The notes beneath the pieces were generated by a model. That model was not told the DNA's origin. It made no database searches and saw nothing but the letters and a program-made list of their open reading frames with translations. This document shows, one piece after another, positions 11,614 to 22,479 of a stretch of DNA of 64,000 nt. Both the position numbers and the translations under genes were made by a program. Position 1 is the first letter of the stretch. Every line of letters begins with the position of its first letter. The DNA comes from Lepidodermella squamata (taxonomy: Eukaryota; Animalia; Gastrotricha). The stretch is from assembly GCA_047495785.1 (NCBI GenBank), contig JBLDXI010000028.1:1674001-1738000 (forward strand), read 5' to 3'.

Positions 11614-12726
11614 ATGATGTTCACCAGCTTCGTTATAGCCAGCTACTGGGCTGCACTCGCTACAGCTCATTCATCAATATTCCTTTCGACTCGATACTTG
11701 ATCGGCAACTGCAGTCGTTTGTCTTTGGAAAGTCTTTCACCGAAGTGCATGTCCAACAAGTTGAGTTCATGCAGAGAGCTGGGTTTGGAAACCAAAATTG
11801 AACTGCAACGTTTTTACGGTGTGGATGAGGCGGCTCAAGCTTTCAGCGTGTTGGGAAAGCTAGAGTTGACGTGGGTCGCGCCTTGTTTTATTGAAGCTGG
11901 AGGAATAGGCTACTTTAATCCATTGGAGCCTTCTTTCTGGAAGCCGAGAATAGTTCATAAAAATGCCGTTTACCGCCATGGTATGCAAGATCTCGCTTCC
12001 AGTTTGAGAGTTGGCCATAAAAAGGATGCGAAGAACCAAAATATCGCCGACTTCAATTGGCTGCTCTCGGGGATTTTCAGCTCATCTTGCAGCATTGATA
12101 TCAAAATGTACCCCTTCGATCATCAGATGTGTAAACTGGAGCTTAAAATCTTAGGCCACCAGCCTGGGCTAGTACACTTCGAGCAGCCTGATTTGATACT
12201 CGCAGATTCTTTCAATTTTGAAATCGATGTCTGGCAATTAGCAGAAAGACCAAGCTGTCAAATGGCTAATAAAACATTGATTCTATGCCTATTTCATTTA
12301 AAACGCATCTCGCACACGATTGTTTATGAAATAATGGTTCCAACTGGAGTATTGACGATTCTCAACGCGGCGTCTCTTCTTATGGCTTCAAACTTACCGG
12401 ACAGACCTCTAATGACAGTAACATTCTTATTAGCTCTGATCTACGTGCATCTGGAGACGTCCCGAACAGTACCAGTATCGCCTGGATTTGTGCTTATACG
12501 ATTTTATATGCATTGCTGTTTGCTGATGACGAGTTTTATTAACCTTTACGCTCTAGTGACTTGCGGACTTTCGCGTCGTTATCATGAATGGTTTATGACT
12601 ACTGTTGATATGTTTGAATGGCTAACGTATGGACGTATTTTGGACTATTCAGTTATTGCTGTCACCTTGCTATCGTTTTCGCTTTTGATTATTTACTCAT
12701 GGCTTATAAATATTTCGGTAGAGTAA
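11614..12726 (+). CDS. Divergent Cys-loop LGIC subunit, copy 4 (inverted orientation)
   Basis: Signal peptide, FWKPRIVHKN, Cys-loop CSIDIKMYPFDHQMC, PDRP at the start of M2. Confidence 0.9.
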   Translation: MMFTSFVIASYWAALATAHSSIFLSTRYLIGNCSRLSLESLSPKCMSNKLSSCRELGLETKIELQRFYGVDEAAQAFSVLGKLELTWVAPCFIEAGGIGYFNPLEPSFWKPRIVHKNAVYRHGMQDLASSLRVGHKKDAKNQNIADFNWLLSGIFSSSCSIDIKMYPFDHQMCKLELKILGHQPGLVHFEQPDLILADSFNFEIDVWQLAERPSCQMANKTLILCLFHLKRISHTIVYEIMVPTGVLTILNAASLLMASNLPDRPLMTVTFLLALIYVHLETSRTVPVSPGFVLIRFYMHCCLLMTSFINLYALVTCGLSRRYHEWFMTTVDMFEWLTYGRILDYSVIAVTLLSFSLLIIYSWLINISVE

Positions 12727-12888
12727 ACTCACCTCGGATGTGACGTTTTGTTTTTTGGAAGATGGAACCTGCTAAGCCTTGCATCAGCAAGTCAATATTG
12801 AAGGAGCTATAGTACGTATCCGTATCCTCCTCAAACTCTCTTTTTTATTTTTACATCCGCTAAAATAATTGCACCCACAAGTATTTTC

Positions 12889-14109
12889 TCAAACATTGGA
12901 ATTTCTCGATGTAGACTTTCTAAGGTTAGCACCGACAGACTTCAAGAACTCTGAATACAAGGTCGACTGATAGGTCAATAAATTCAGAAATATCAAATTG
13001 ATAAGCACAAAAACAATAAACGCTAAGGTCATAGCTATGCTGTCTAAAGCTCGATGGTGAGAAATCTTGATCGATCGAGTCAAGTTTATAGTCCGCTTAA
13101 ACCATATTTTGTGAAGCCGCGACTTTGACAGAGCACATGTAACTAAGGTGTAGATAACTAGAAAGGTAGATAAAAGCTGACAAAAGCGAACGTAATCAGC
13201 TAGTAGAAGCGGCCCTGATTTTTTTGGTGTCCGATCTGCGATCTCCGCCTTAAGAGCCGTAAACGCAAGCAAAATCGTCGCAGCAAAAGCCGATCTGTCC
13301 GGTATTTTAGCGGGCATAGCTAATGCTAAGATGTTAAATAAAGTAATAATCGCAGTTGGAAAAAGGATGAGCCAAACGTAGAACGAGGAACTTCGTCGGG
13401 TTAGCGTTTGGAACATCGCTCCTCTAGATCCGTCTTTGAAATTAATTGCGGTCACCGATACATTTCTAACGATCCAAAGAGAGGACGACTGAAGGACTGA
13501 TACGTCTAAGTGCTGTTTTACCTTGCCAAAGTGAACCCGTCCTTCCTGGTTGCCAAGCTGCAGCGTGACATTGCAGATCTGAATGTCGAACGGGAATATT
13601 GTTAAGTCAATATCGCATATTGAATGAAGCATCCCCTCTATTTTTTGGTCGAATATAGCCCGTCCGCCAACAAGTTGCACAGACAATATACTGCTTAGCC
13701 CTCGCATGGTTGGGTTATTAGCAGAATTTAGGTGGCGAAGTTGAGGTCGCCAAAATATGTTTCCATCCGGGTAAAAAGACCCGTTCAGTAATGTTGAGTT
13801 GGTTACCAGGCAAGGCGCTGACCATGTAAGCTGAATTTGTGCTGACATCACTATCTTCTCGTTCACGTCATCTATGCCGTAGAATCGAGTCATCAGAAAT
13901 GTAATGTTCACTTTGGTTGAAGTACAGCTTTCCGTTTTGAGAAATGGACAATTGATACTTTCGAATTCAGACCTCAGATGGTCACATCGCTTAGCGAGCT
14001 CGAAACTTTTAGGTTTTTCGATGCGGTAATCATGTAGCGAAATTTCCGTATTTACTAATTTTATTTTGCATAAATATAAGCTAATGCTGAAGACTACAAG
14101 ACCAAGCAT
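12889..14109 (-). CDS. Divergent Cys-loop LGIC subunit, copy 5
   Basis: FWRPQLRHLN, Cys-loop CDIDLTIFPFDIQIC, PDRSAFAATILLA. Confidence 0.92.
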   Translation of the reverse strand: MLGLVVFSISLYLCKIKLVNTEISLHDYRIEKPKSFELAKRCDHLRSEFESINCPFLKTESCTSTKVNITFLMTRFYGIDDVNEKIVMSAQIQLTWSAPCLVTNSTLLNGSFYPDGNIFWRPQLRHLNSANNPTMRGLSSILSVQLVGGRAIFDQKIEGMLHSICDIDLTIFPFDIQICNVTLQLGNQEGRVHFGKVKQHLDVSVLQSSSLWIVRNVSVTAINFKDGSRGAMFQTLTRRSSSFYVWLILFPTAIITLFNILALAMPAKIPDRSAFAATILLAFTALKAEIADRTPKKSGPLLLADYVRFCQLLSTFLVIYTLVTCALSKSRLHKIWFKRTINLTRSIKISHHRALDSIAMTLAFIVFVLINLIFLNLLTYQSTLYSEFLKSVGANLRKSTSRNSNV

Positions 14110-14806
14110 CCTCAAAATGGACGAAGGGATTGTTCAGATTTATGAAGCAGATGTTCGTGTTGAAAAATAGAGGGCGCTGTAAATTCTGCAATTGTTGGAA
14201 GCTTTTCCAATATCCTGTACCGTTTCACACGACCATGATGAATCGATGGATTGACATTTTGATCAAAGCTCTGGCTTATGGATAGAAATATATGGTGCGT
14301 GAAACTCGAAAGGCAAACAATTCAAGCATTTCAAAACGTCGTTCAAAATTCATCATGATTCCTTTGCTATATGAAATCTAAATTTATAGAAAATTCTATC
14401 CTATTTCAATTCTAAGCAGAGCAATTAAAATTCCAGGCAATTTTGTTCAGCTATGTGTACAGTATTCCCTTGCAAACTGTGGCAGCCAATACAGAAGCTG
14501 GCACATAAAAAGTGACTAACGAAATCCCTCGTTAAGTATGGCAGTGTCACTAACCGAAAGGTACTGGTATAATAAGGATTAAAATTGTGTATTTTAATTA
14601 TTTTGATGCGTGAAAGTAGAAGCGATAAAGTTACGACGATTCGTTAATTCTATTAACGGATCCGAATTAAATGAAATAGGAAAGGAGCTTTATGATTGGT
14701 CAAGTCCGTTTCTCAATTCTCAACAAAAATAAGCAGAGTTGCGTCTGAAAAACATGACGAAATAATATATAAGACACGCAATATAACGATTTGTAAACAT
14801 GGGTTC

Positions 14807-15326
14807 TAAGGTAGTTTTTATTGCACGACGTTTCGAAATCAATACAGATTTCATCATCAGGTGAATTGAGTTTGAAAGTAAACAGAGTTTTTTCAGAAAA
14901 GATAAGTGACCATTTTAAGATGGAAATTTTCAAAAGTTGAAATCAGCAACGACCAGTTCGTCATTGAAACCAAGGTACGAGCTCGTTGTGTGAATTCTCG
15001 GTGTTAGATAAGGTGCTAGTAGAACCAGCATAACCGGCATCGCGCCAGTCACATAAAAAATCAACGCCTTGAATAGACACTTGAGTGACCTCGATAACGC
15101 CGACTCGTTCGCAGCCATATTTGACTCCATCGATTGAAGGGGAAAATGGTTTCTCCGAAAATTTGCCGTAAACCCCAACTGCACTACAACCATACCATGA
15201 AACATCTGAAGATCCTAAGATAAGCTTTACGCAGTTCTTCTGAAGACGAGGATTCTCGAAATCCTCAAAAACTATGCAAAACGTGCAATAAAAACTATCT
15301 TAGTTTTTTGTAAAACTTGTAACATG
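14807..15326. mobile_element. Penelope-like retroelement remnant with inverted ends, flanked by a 14-bp direct repeat
   Basis: CTAAGGTAGTTTTTATTGCACG / CGTGCAATAAAAACTATCTTAG inverted; GTAAACATGGGTTC at 14793-14806 and 15327-15340; hammerhead-like cores in both arms. Confidence 0.55.
14820..14870 (-). ncRNA. Minimal type I hammerhead ribozyme motif
   Basis: Minus strand ATTCAC-CTGATGA-T-GAAATC(tgtatt)GATTTC-GAAA-CGTC-GTGCAAT: catalytic core, stem II, palindromic ACGT stem III, GUC site, stem I ATTCAC/GTG(C)AAT. Confidence 0.7.
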
Positions 15327-15481
15327 GTAAACATGGGTTCATTATAGGTTCAACCTACAGGAAATTAATAGTCAGAATTTTTATCAGAAGTTCTTTGCTG
15401 TCAATTACTTCCACGAGTATGTCTTTATTTGGCTACGAAGGTTTAGGAGTTTGCAGTTGTGAAATATCCGATTCTGCCGAC

Positions 15482-15958
15482 TTAACCGCTAGCTGCTAGC
15501 TCGCAATCCCCCAAAATCCGCACAGTAATTTCTACCTTCTGCTGAGTGCCAAGAGCTCTATTCGACCTCTCCAATCTTTTGAAAAACAAACCAAGAGAGG
15601 TTGCAACTTTGCGACAATGTGGCGACAGTTCCAAATGCCGAGCTTTGCCAAAAAAGCTTTCAGAATATTGTTTGTAATAGAAAGCAGTTCTCTCAGTTTC
15701 CAGACATTCCTCGTTCATATCACATAGCTCCAACTTCTTGGCATAATCTGCAGCATTCCTAGAGCATTCTTGCAGCAAATTATCTGTGATATGTTTACGG
15801 AAGGCGAGGTCGGTTACTCTGTTTGCGGCAAAGAACGAATCGAGATTCACGAAGACTTTTTTGTTGCATTCTCGCTGCGCTTCAAAGATATAGGAATCGG
15901 CAGCAGCTCCAGTGCAGATAATTAGTGATGCAGTTGCAATGAAGCTTGGTAAAAGCAT
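15482..15958 (-). CDS. Orphan secreted protein (~158 aa, 6 Cys in the mature region)
   Basis: Signal peptide MLLPSFIATASLIICTGAAA; single open exon; no family recognised. Confidence 0.65.
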   Translation of the reverse strand: MLLPSFIATASLIICTGAAADSYIFEAQRECNKKVFVNLDSFFAANRVTDLAFRKHITDNLLQECSRNAADYAKKLELCDMNEECLETERTAFYYKQYSESFFGKARHLELSPHCRKVATSLGLFFKRLERSNRALGTQQKVEITVRILGDCELAASG

Positions 15959-16288
15959 TGTTTTGTTGCGATAAAAAAAATTAACTGAGACCGAGCTTAA
16001 CATATCAAGCTAGCAACTGAATAAAATTAGGTATGCGTTGCGTTGGCAGAGCACATGGTGGAGCCAAAAAGTATCCGTTCTGACCTTCAACTACTCTGCA
16101 GGAAAAATAATTGTTTGGACGGTGTGAAATTGAAGAAATGAATGGTCTTCTTCAATTGAACTTTGAATTCTCGACTCGAAGTATATCTAGATAAACGGTT
16201 GATGAAATTTAGCGCTATCAGTTTTTTTTACGACGTTTCGATTTCTAACAGAAATCATCTTCAGGAAGACAAAGTTAAATGGTTTAGG

Positions 16289-16325
16289 CATAGAGAATAG
16301 AGTTACCTATTCTCTATTCTCTATG
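16289..16325. mobile_element. 37-bp micro-MITE with 8-bp TSD (hAT-type)
   Basis: TIR CATAGAGAATAGAG/CTCTATTCTCTATG, flanked by a perfect GGTTTAGG duplication. Confidence 0.7.
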
Positions 16326-16664
16326 GGTTTAGGCATACAATCGTAATTAAAATCTCAAGGCAGATATTTTTAAATTGATTACGAAGACTGAAAATCGAGA
16401 TAATTTCGGCTAATTTTTCTGCTTGATTCTGCTTCAGTCTTCAGAATTCATAATCAATTTTACAGAGCTGGAAAACTTGCAGAAATGACGCACCAGGTGC
16501 GTAGGAAATTTTGGGAAAAGTAGGCAATTTTGGCTTAGGAAACAGTCAAAAGTTGAAGGAAGTGGTGGTTTAGTAGGAAATTTAAAAAACGACGCGTAGG
16601 AAATCCTGCAGGTTTTCCAGCTCTGCAATTTTAAAATATCTGCCTTAAGATTTTATGCCAAAAC

Positions 16665-16803
16665 CAATGTCGAAGATGGCGGGGGGACGGGGGACCCTTA
16701 TCATTTTTTCCCTGGTTCCTGCGGAAACTTGAGCGATATAAGGGGGGGGGGGGGGGCCCTTACCTATATCCCTCTTTCGGCAAAATGTCCATCTTCTACG
16801 CTG
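16665..16803. mobile_element. Nested MITE (hAT-type)
   Basis: CAATGTCGAAGATGG / CCATCTTCTACGCTG ends; imperfect 8-bp TSD GCCAAAAC/ATCAAAAC; its removal restores the foldback arm. Confidence 0.55.
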
Positions 16804-17620
16804 ATCAAAACCATTTAACTTTATCTCCCTGAAGATGATTTCTGCTAGAAATCGAAACGTCGTAAAAATTTGATAGCGCTAAATGTCATCAACCGTTTGT
16901 ACTCCAAAATACTGGTTATCAAACAGAAATATAGATAGCACTTATATTATATTTTTGGAGACAGATTGCCGAGTGGCTGCGGCTGGGAAACGAAACACGT
17001 GCCGCGCCATATTTGCTTCGGTTGCTCTGTTATAGGCACGTAGTTATCTATTTTATGGGCGGAAGACTGATTGGAAACACTTGCATTGTTTTCTCGTCAC
17101 CTTATACTACTGCGTCAGAAATTCCGTATAAGTCTCCACTTGTCGTTAATTTTTTTTATGATCACAAATTGCAGACAATAATACAAAAAATCTCCGAAGA
17201 CAAAACTCTACCAGGGAAAGAGTCAACTAATTTAGGTTCCAATGTTTTCTGTCCGTCTCTCACTCCTCAAAATCAGCTGAAGTGTGTTGGTTTTCGTAAA
17301 ACGCAATGTACTGTTATTTGGTATTTACATGAGTGTTTGAGTGTTTGGGATTGCTATTACAGCGTTAATAATCTTAATTGAAAAATTCAAATTTTCCCCG
17401 GGGTATAGTTGCATGCCAGCTCTCTTCTTGTTTAACGTCAGTGCCTCAGTTCGCAAGGGAATACGGTATTTATTCAACCATTGCTCTCATTACAAACCAT
17501 ACCTAGCCTTCAAATGTCGACGCGTAGTAAATGTATATTCGACTTTATTTATATGAATATTAAATAGTAAGATTCTGCAGAATGTCGTAAAACATACTTT
17601 TAATTGGTTATAATATAGCT

Positions 17621-18751
17621 TCATATCAGTTTAAATACAACTCCATACGCATAAGCATTGATCCCGATAAAAATGACCGCGGATGGCGTGAAAACCATGG
17701 CGTCAACAATTCTCTTCATAGATATCTGAAATTTCGAACGCCCAAATGTTTGCTTGAAGTAATCATTGTGTGCTTTACAAAGGCCATATGAGATCAGGAA
17801 ATAAGCGTTCAGACTGAGAGAGTAATAGGCGTTCATATCAATGAAATCGCTAAGGAAAATTCTCTGAGGTGTCCGAGGAACGCTTTGTATGACCTGGCCT
17901 TGTAAGACGGTTATAGCCAATAAAATGCTTACAGCAAACACAGGCCGGTCGGGGGCAGAGGGATCCATGCAGAAGCTCATTGTGTTGAGAAAAACAAGCA
18001 AGGTGCAAGGAATCATTAGGTGATTTACGTAGAATGTCGGGTCCCGTTGAATTGACATCGTAAAAGTAGCAGCCGCTCTTACCGCTTCACCTGTTTCACT
18101 AAACCCTACCCACATATCGCTTGTTACCCGTCGCCACATGTCAGATTCAAAATATTTCGAGAGAAATATACTATTATTTTCGAGTTTAAAAACAGCAGCG
18201 TGGCGATTCTCCTGTAGCATGAATCTGACCTCGCAGCGCTGGACATCGATTGGAAACCATCGCAAGTTCATATCACAAGTTGATACGAAGGATCCGGTGA
18301 TTCCGAGTTGAAATGCGAATGAAGAATTTTCAATCTTAACTGTCATGCGAGTTGAAAAGCCGGTAGACATATCGGAGTTGATGGGCGAATTCTGATGGCT
18401 GATTCTCGGCCTCCAAATCGCGTCCTCATCGACGTAGAACTTAATGGGCGTGTTAGAGGCAAAATCAGCACAATCGATGTACCAGTAGAGCTGCAGTAAT
18501 CCAAAAACGACAAAGGTTTCATCGATATCGTCAACATTTCTCAGCTGTTCAGCGCTGAAATACATCCAAACCTCAGTGACATCGCATTTACCGCTGTTCT
18601 TTCCAAGTGGACAATGCGGAGAGTAAGACTCTGGCGAGAGATGAGGACACTTGTCGAGGATCTCAATGGCTCGCCTCATTGAACTTGGCGGCACATTTCT
18701 GGCATGAAGGCAGTAGGCCAGAACCAAAATTAAAATAAAAGTGCTGAACAT
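17621..18751 (-). CDS. Divergent Cys-loop LGIC subunit, copy 6
   Basis: Cys-loop CDMNLRWFPIDVQRC; IWRPRISHQN; PDRPVFAVSILLA. Confidence 0.93.
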   Translation of the reverse strand: MFSTFILILVLAYCLHARNVPPSSMRRAIEILDKCPHLSPESYSPHCPLGKNSGKCDVTEVWMYFSAEQLRNVDDIDETFVVFGLLQLYWYIDCADFASNTPIKFYVDEDAIWRPRISHQNSPINSDMSTGFSTRMTVKIENSSFAFQLGITGSFVSTCDMNLRWFPIDVQRCEVRFMLQENRHAAVFKLENNSIFLSKYFESDMWRRVTSDMWVGFSETGEAVRAAATFTMSIQRDPTFYVNHLMIPCTLLVFLNTMSFCMDPSAPDRPVFAVSILLAITVLQGQVIQSVPRTPQRIFLSDFIDMNAYYSLSLNAYFLISYGLCKAHNDYFKQTFGRSKFQISMKRIVDAMVFTPSAVIFIGINAYAYGVVFKLI

Positions 18752-18932
18752 TTTTGAATTCCAAAACTTAATGGATTGAAAGTCTGGAGGACTTGAGAGG
18801 ATCGCATCACCGGAAATCAGAAATAATTATACAAATATTGAATCATAAAAACTCTAAACTAAGTGCATATATCATATTTTTATTTGCTTCATATTACGTC
18901 AAAAAACGACTGATATCGTTAGGTTAGGAATT

Positions 18933-20051
18933 TCATCTGCCGCAGACGATTCGAAAAGCCCATGTATTGATTCCGATCAGAACAAATAGGGCCAAGCAGA
19001 ATGCAATACCATCGACAAATCTAAGTCTCGTGAAGCAAAAAAACTTGAGTTTGAGATGGTCTTGAAACCATTTTTTCCAGGACCTTGACAATCCGTTGAT
19101 GATTAGCGCATAAACCGTACATCCCCATGAGAAAAATGCGCATAGATCCGTGTATTGACTCAAGAAGATTTTCTGAGGCTTCGGGGGCAATCTGTCCAAA
19201 ATTTGACCCTGTAATACCGCCAAAGCAAGAAGAACAGTAGCGGATAGACAGGCCCTATCTGGAACAGAAGGATCCATTAGGAATGCGGCGAGCTCGAGAC
19301 AAGCGAGGATGAGGCAAGGTATCATCAAGTTATTGATATAGTACCACGGATTTCGGGTGAAGCGTAAAGTGTATCTCAACGAATATCTATCACTGTTGTC
19401 GACTAGCATTGTCGTTAAGCTTACATTAGGATCTCTTGAAGTCCAACTCTGCTCTCTGAAAGTATCGCTAAGGACGAACTCTGCGTTTCGGTGAAACTTT
19501 ACAGCCTTTGTATTATCCTGTGAAACCACTATTATCTCGCATAATTGTTCATCAACTGGGAACAACTCGAAATTCATGTCGCATGTTGAGAAGAACGTGC
19601 CTAGAAGGGTCCATTGGAACTCAATTGTCCCGTTTTCCTCCATTTTTGCCGAATATCGGTTGACCATTGTTTGCGTGAAATCGCGATCCGTAGCAGTATT
19701 GTGATGGCTAACTTGCGGCTTCCAAAAGTATCCAGGTTGCGGGTAGAACTTGGTCTCGTACTGCTGAGTGTATTCGGAACATTTGACCGCCCACGAAAAA
19801 CGCATTGCACCCAACATTGAGAACGTCTCGGTTACATCATCGATCTCGTAAAGTCTTTCCAAATGAAGTCGGCTTTCGATTTCGGTCACCGAACATGCGT
19901 GATACTTTCCTCCGGGACATGAAGGGGAATATGACTCTGGAGATACATTAGGGCATGTTTCTAGAAGTTCAAGAGTTTTTCGGTTTTCTGCATTGCCTGC
20001 CACACCTGATAAGATGGAAAAATGTATGAGAAGCAATTTACATGATTTCAT
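18933..20051 (-). CDS. Divergent Cys-loop LGIC subunit, copy 7
   Basis: Cys-loop CDMNFELFPVDEQLC; RNPWYYINNL pre-M1. Confidence 0.93.
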   Translation of the reverse strand: MKSCKLLLIHFSILSGVAGNAENRKTLELLETCPNVSPESYSPSCPGGKYHACSVTEIESRLHLERLYEIDDVTETFSMLGAMRFSWAVKCSEYTQQYETKFYPQPGYFWKPQVSHHNTATDRDFTQTMVNRYSAKMEENGTIEFQWTLLGTFFSTCDMNFELFPVDEQLCEIIVVSQDNTKAVKFHRNAEFVLSDTFREQSWTSRDPNVSLTTMLVDNSDRYSLRYTLRFTRNPWYYINNLMIPCLILACLELAAFLMDPSVPDRACLSATVLLALAVLQGQILDRLPPKPQKIFLSQYTDLCAFFSWGCTVYALIINGLSRSWKKWFQDHLKLKFFCFTRLRFVDGIAFCLALFVLIGINTWAFRIVCGR

Positions 20052-20305
20052 TGTTCTAGGATTATTTCTGAATTTTTAGGCATTATACTGATTGGCTAAT
20101 GTCTAATGCAGTGTTTTATAAAATGATTATTCCGGAAATTTACTCTTCTAAAAGGTTTTAATAATCAAAATACATCGATCTCATACCCCACTCATCAACG
20201 TAAATCCGATGTACAATCCGCCAAAAAAACAAGAATGACGAAAGTAAGTCTCTAAGTGCTTTACAAATTATTCACAATAATGGCAGTTTCAGCACAAATA
20301 ATGTT

Positions 20306-21439
20306 TCATAACGTGTACAGCTTGTGAACAGCAAACGCGCTCATTCCAAGAAAGCTTAGGCTTGCTATGCAGAAAACAGTCAAATCCACCAATCGCCTCC
20401 TCGTGACCAAAGTTCTTCGCCCAACAAGAACTTTCTTCGACATCCATGAGTGCCATGTTTTGAAGCAACTGGTTGAAATTAGGGTGAAGGCCGTGCAAGA
20501 CCATGAATAAATCACACACATTTCAGTATAATCGCCTAGGAAAGTCCTTTCAGGTTTGCGAGGAAGCCTCTCGGTAATGTGAAGTTGCAGAAACGTCAAG
20601 GCTAGTAAAATCGTAACTGTGAAGGTCGATCTTTCATTCAAAGATGGGTCAATTATGGCGAAAAGTTGCAGCAGTGATAACATGCAGGAAGGAAGCATGA
20701 AATGGCTGATGTAGAAATCAGGATTTCTTCTCAGCTTCATCTTAAACTCAACGACGCTCCGAATCGAATCGCCCATTTGTTTGAAGTAGGTGAGATTTTC
20801 GAACCTGATCAAAGCCCAGTTGTCCATTTCCAGGTCAAAATCGAAGGGAGAGAAGTTCATATGGTGCGGTACAAATTGCACAGCATTTGTGTTCTCCTCT
20901 AGCAGTAAAATGATGGAGCATTCCTGCTCATCCAGCGGGAAGTTTCCAAAATCCATTAAACACGCCGATTCTAGCATACCGCTGATGGTTAGCTGGAACA
21001 TGACTACCGTCTTTGGTTCGTATTTAATTCTGAATCTGTGCGACAGATCGTTGAGTGCCACATCTCCAGCTTTGTTGTAGTGGTCGATTCGCGGCTTCCA
21101 GAATAAACTGCTATCCGGGTAGAACCGAGAGCTGCTATTGTGAGGGAAATTCCGGCAGTGTAACTTCCAGGTTAAAACCAGTAATCCGAGCACGGAGAAG
21201 GTTTGCGGTATGTCACTTACGTCAACTAATTTTTCGAGATGTAGGTCAACTTCAATACCTGTCATCGAACATTTATCAAGAGCGCCGTCAGGGCACGTGG
21301 GCGAGTAAGACTCTGTAGAGAAGAACGGGCATTTTTCCAACAGCTCAAGGCTCCGCCGTGCGGTTAGTTCATTAACTGCAATGCTTAACGCGAATTTGCA
21401 TAAACACACGAGATAAATCAGCGAAATTAGGCCATGCAT
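20306..21439 (-). CDS. Divergent Cys-loop LGIC subunit, copy 8
   Basis: Cys-loop CLMDFGNFPLDEQEC; NERSTFTVTILLA M2. Confidence 0.93.
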   Translation of the reverse strand: MHGLISLIYLVCLCKFALSIAVNELTARRSLELLEKCPFFSTESYSPTCPDGALDKCSMTGIEVDLHLEKLVDVSDIPQTFSVLGLLVLTWKLHCRNFPHNSSSRFYPDSSLFWKPRIDHYNKAGDVALNDLSHRFRIKYEPKTVVMFQLTISGMLESACLMDFGNFPLDEQECSIILLLEENTNAVQFVPHHMNFSPFDFDLEMDNWALIRFENLTYFKQMGDSIRSVVEFKMKLRRNPDFYISHFMLPSCMLSLLQLFAIIDPSLNERSTFTVTILLALTFLQLHITERLPRKPERTFLGDYTEMCVIYSWSCTAFTLISTSCFKTWHSWMSKKVLVGRRTLVTRRRLVDLTVFCIASLSFLGMSAFAVHKLYTL

Positions 21440-21538
21440 TTATTTCTACACTCGACGAAAGGAAAACTGAGCAACTAAAATTCCGAATTCATGCTTGATG
21501 TCGTATAGTTTCATTTAGCTTGTTTGTTCAGGTCTTTT

Positions 21539-21820
21539 TCATAAGCACTTTGACTTATCTTTAGCCAGCTGTTTAGCCAATAGCCTCGCCCAGACGTAAA
21601 ACGCCCCTCTTGAGTAGCAAATTGATGCGGAACTAAACACATCCATACATGTTCGCATCGCACAGTCCTGATAGTTCAGGCGTATGTTCTCGGCCAGTTT
21701 CCTCATTGAAGCTTCATCGCTAGTCATCATAGACCGACTGATAGTTAGCCAATCTTGATCCTTCCTTGGGAAAGAAAGGTAGATAAAGTTGGATAGTAAT
21801 ATAAGCGCCAAAATGCTCAT
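21539..21820 (-). CDS. Small secreted 4-Cys orphan protein A (~93 aa)
   Basis: Signal-like N-terminus MSILALILL; paralogue of 22480-22834 (C-x4-C-x9-C..RGAFYxWAR..KCL). Confidence 0.7.
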   Translation of the reverse strand: MSILALILLSNFIYLSFPRKDQDWLTISRSMMTSDEASMRKLAENIRLNYQDCAMRTCMDVFSSASICYSRGAFYVWARLLAKQLAKDKSKCL

Positions 21821-22479
21821 TTCTCTCGGCAAAAAATTGGAATTAATGATTATTTAATAATTTGCCGTGATAACGAGATAGACCTCATCTATCATCATCA
21901 ATTACAAATGTGACACTTGATTTAGCGGAGGAGCAGTCAATTAGCTCGTATTGACTGAGGCTAATGAAACAAATGTCGAAATTGGAAAATTTCGGAAGTC
22001 ATCCATTCCAGACAAGGTGATGTGACATTTTTCGTAAACATCTCTCAGGACTGTCTGATAGTTTACCTTATCTCAATGCTGCTCATAACAATCGCTATTC
22101 GATTTTAATACAAGCCTTCAGTTGCGAGCAGCTTAGTATATTAATGCACCAAACCACCTCAGTCACGTATTCGAAGGACAAATTTAAAAATAAATTGTAG
22201 GTCAGTGAATACTTGGCAGTCGTGTGAAATACTTATAGCGGAGAGACGACATCACTTGTCAAGTACATTTTTTGTATTTCATGCGCTTCATTCGTGCACT
22301 TTGTAATGGTTGAAAGAACAACGATGCACTTCAATAAGCATATCTCCATCTGGCACATCTTGATCTCAACGATTTTAGTACCATCAGCATCTTTTGAACG
22401 AGAAACGAAAGGCAATCTAACCGATCATGAACTGATGAAAATTCATAATTTACTGTTTCGCGCGACTACTTCAAACTAA

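Larger units (their letters stand above)
16193..16898. mobile_element. Foldback element with long inverted arms, each carrying a hammerhead-like core
   Basis: ~90-bp outer arms 16193-16285 / 16808-16898 plus inner arms ~16350-16378 / 16626-16654; CTGAAGA-TGATTTCT(g(c/t)t)AGAAATC-GAAACGTC on both strands. Confidence 0.75.
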
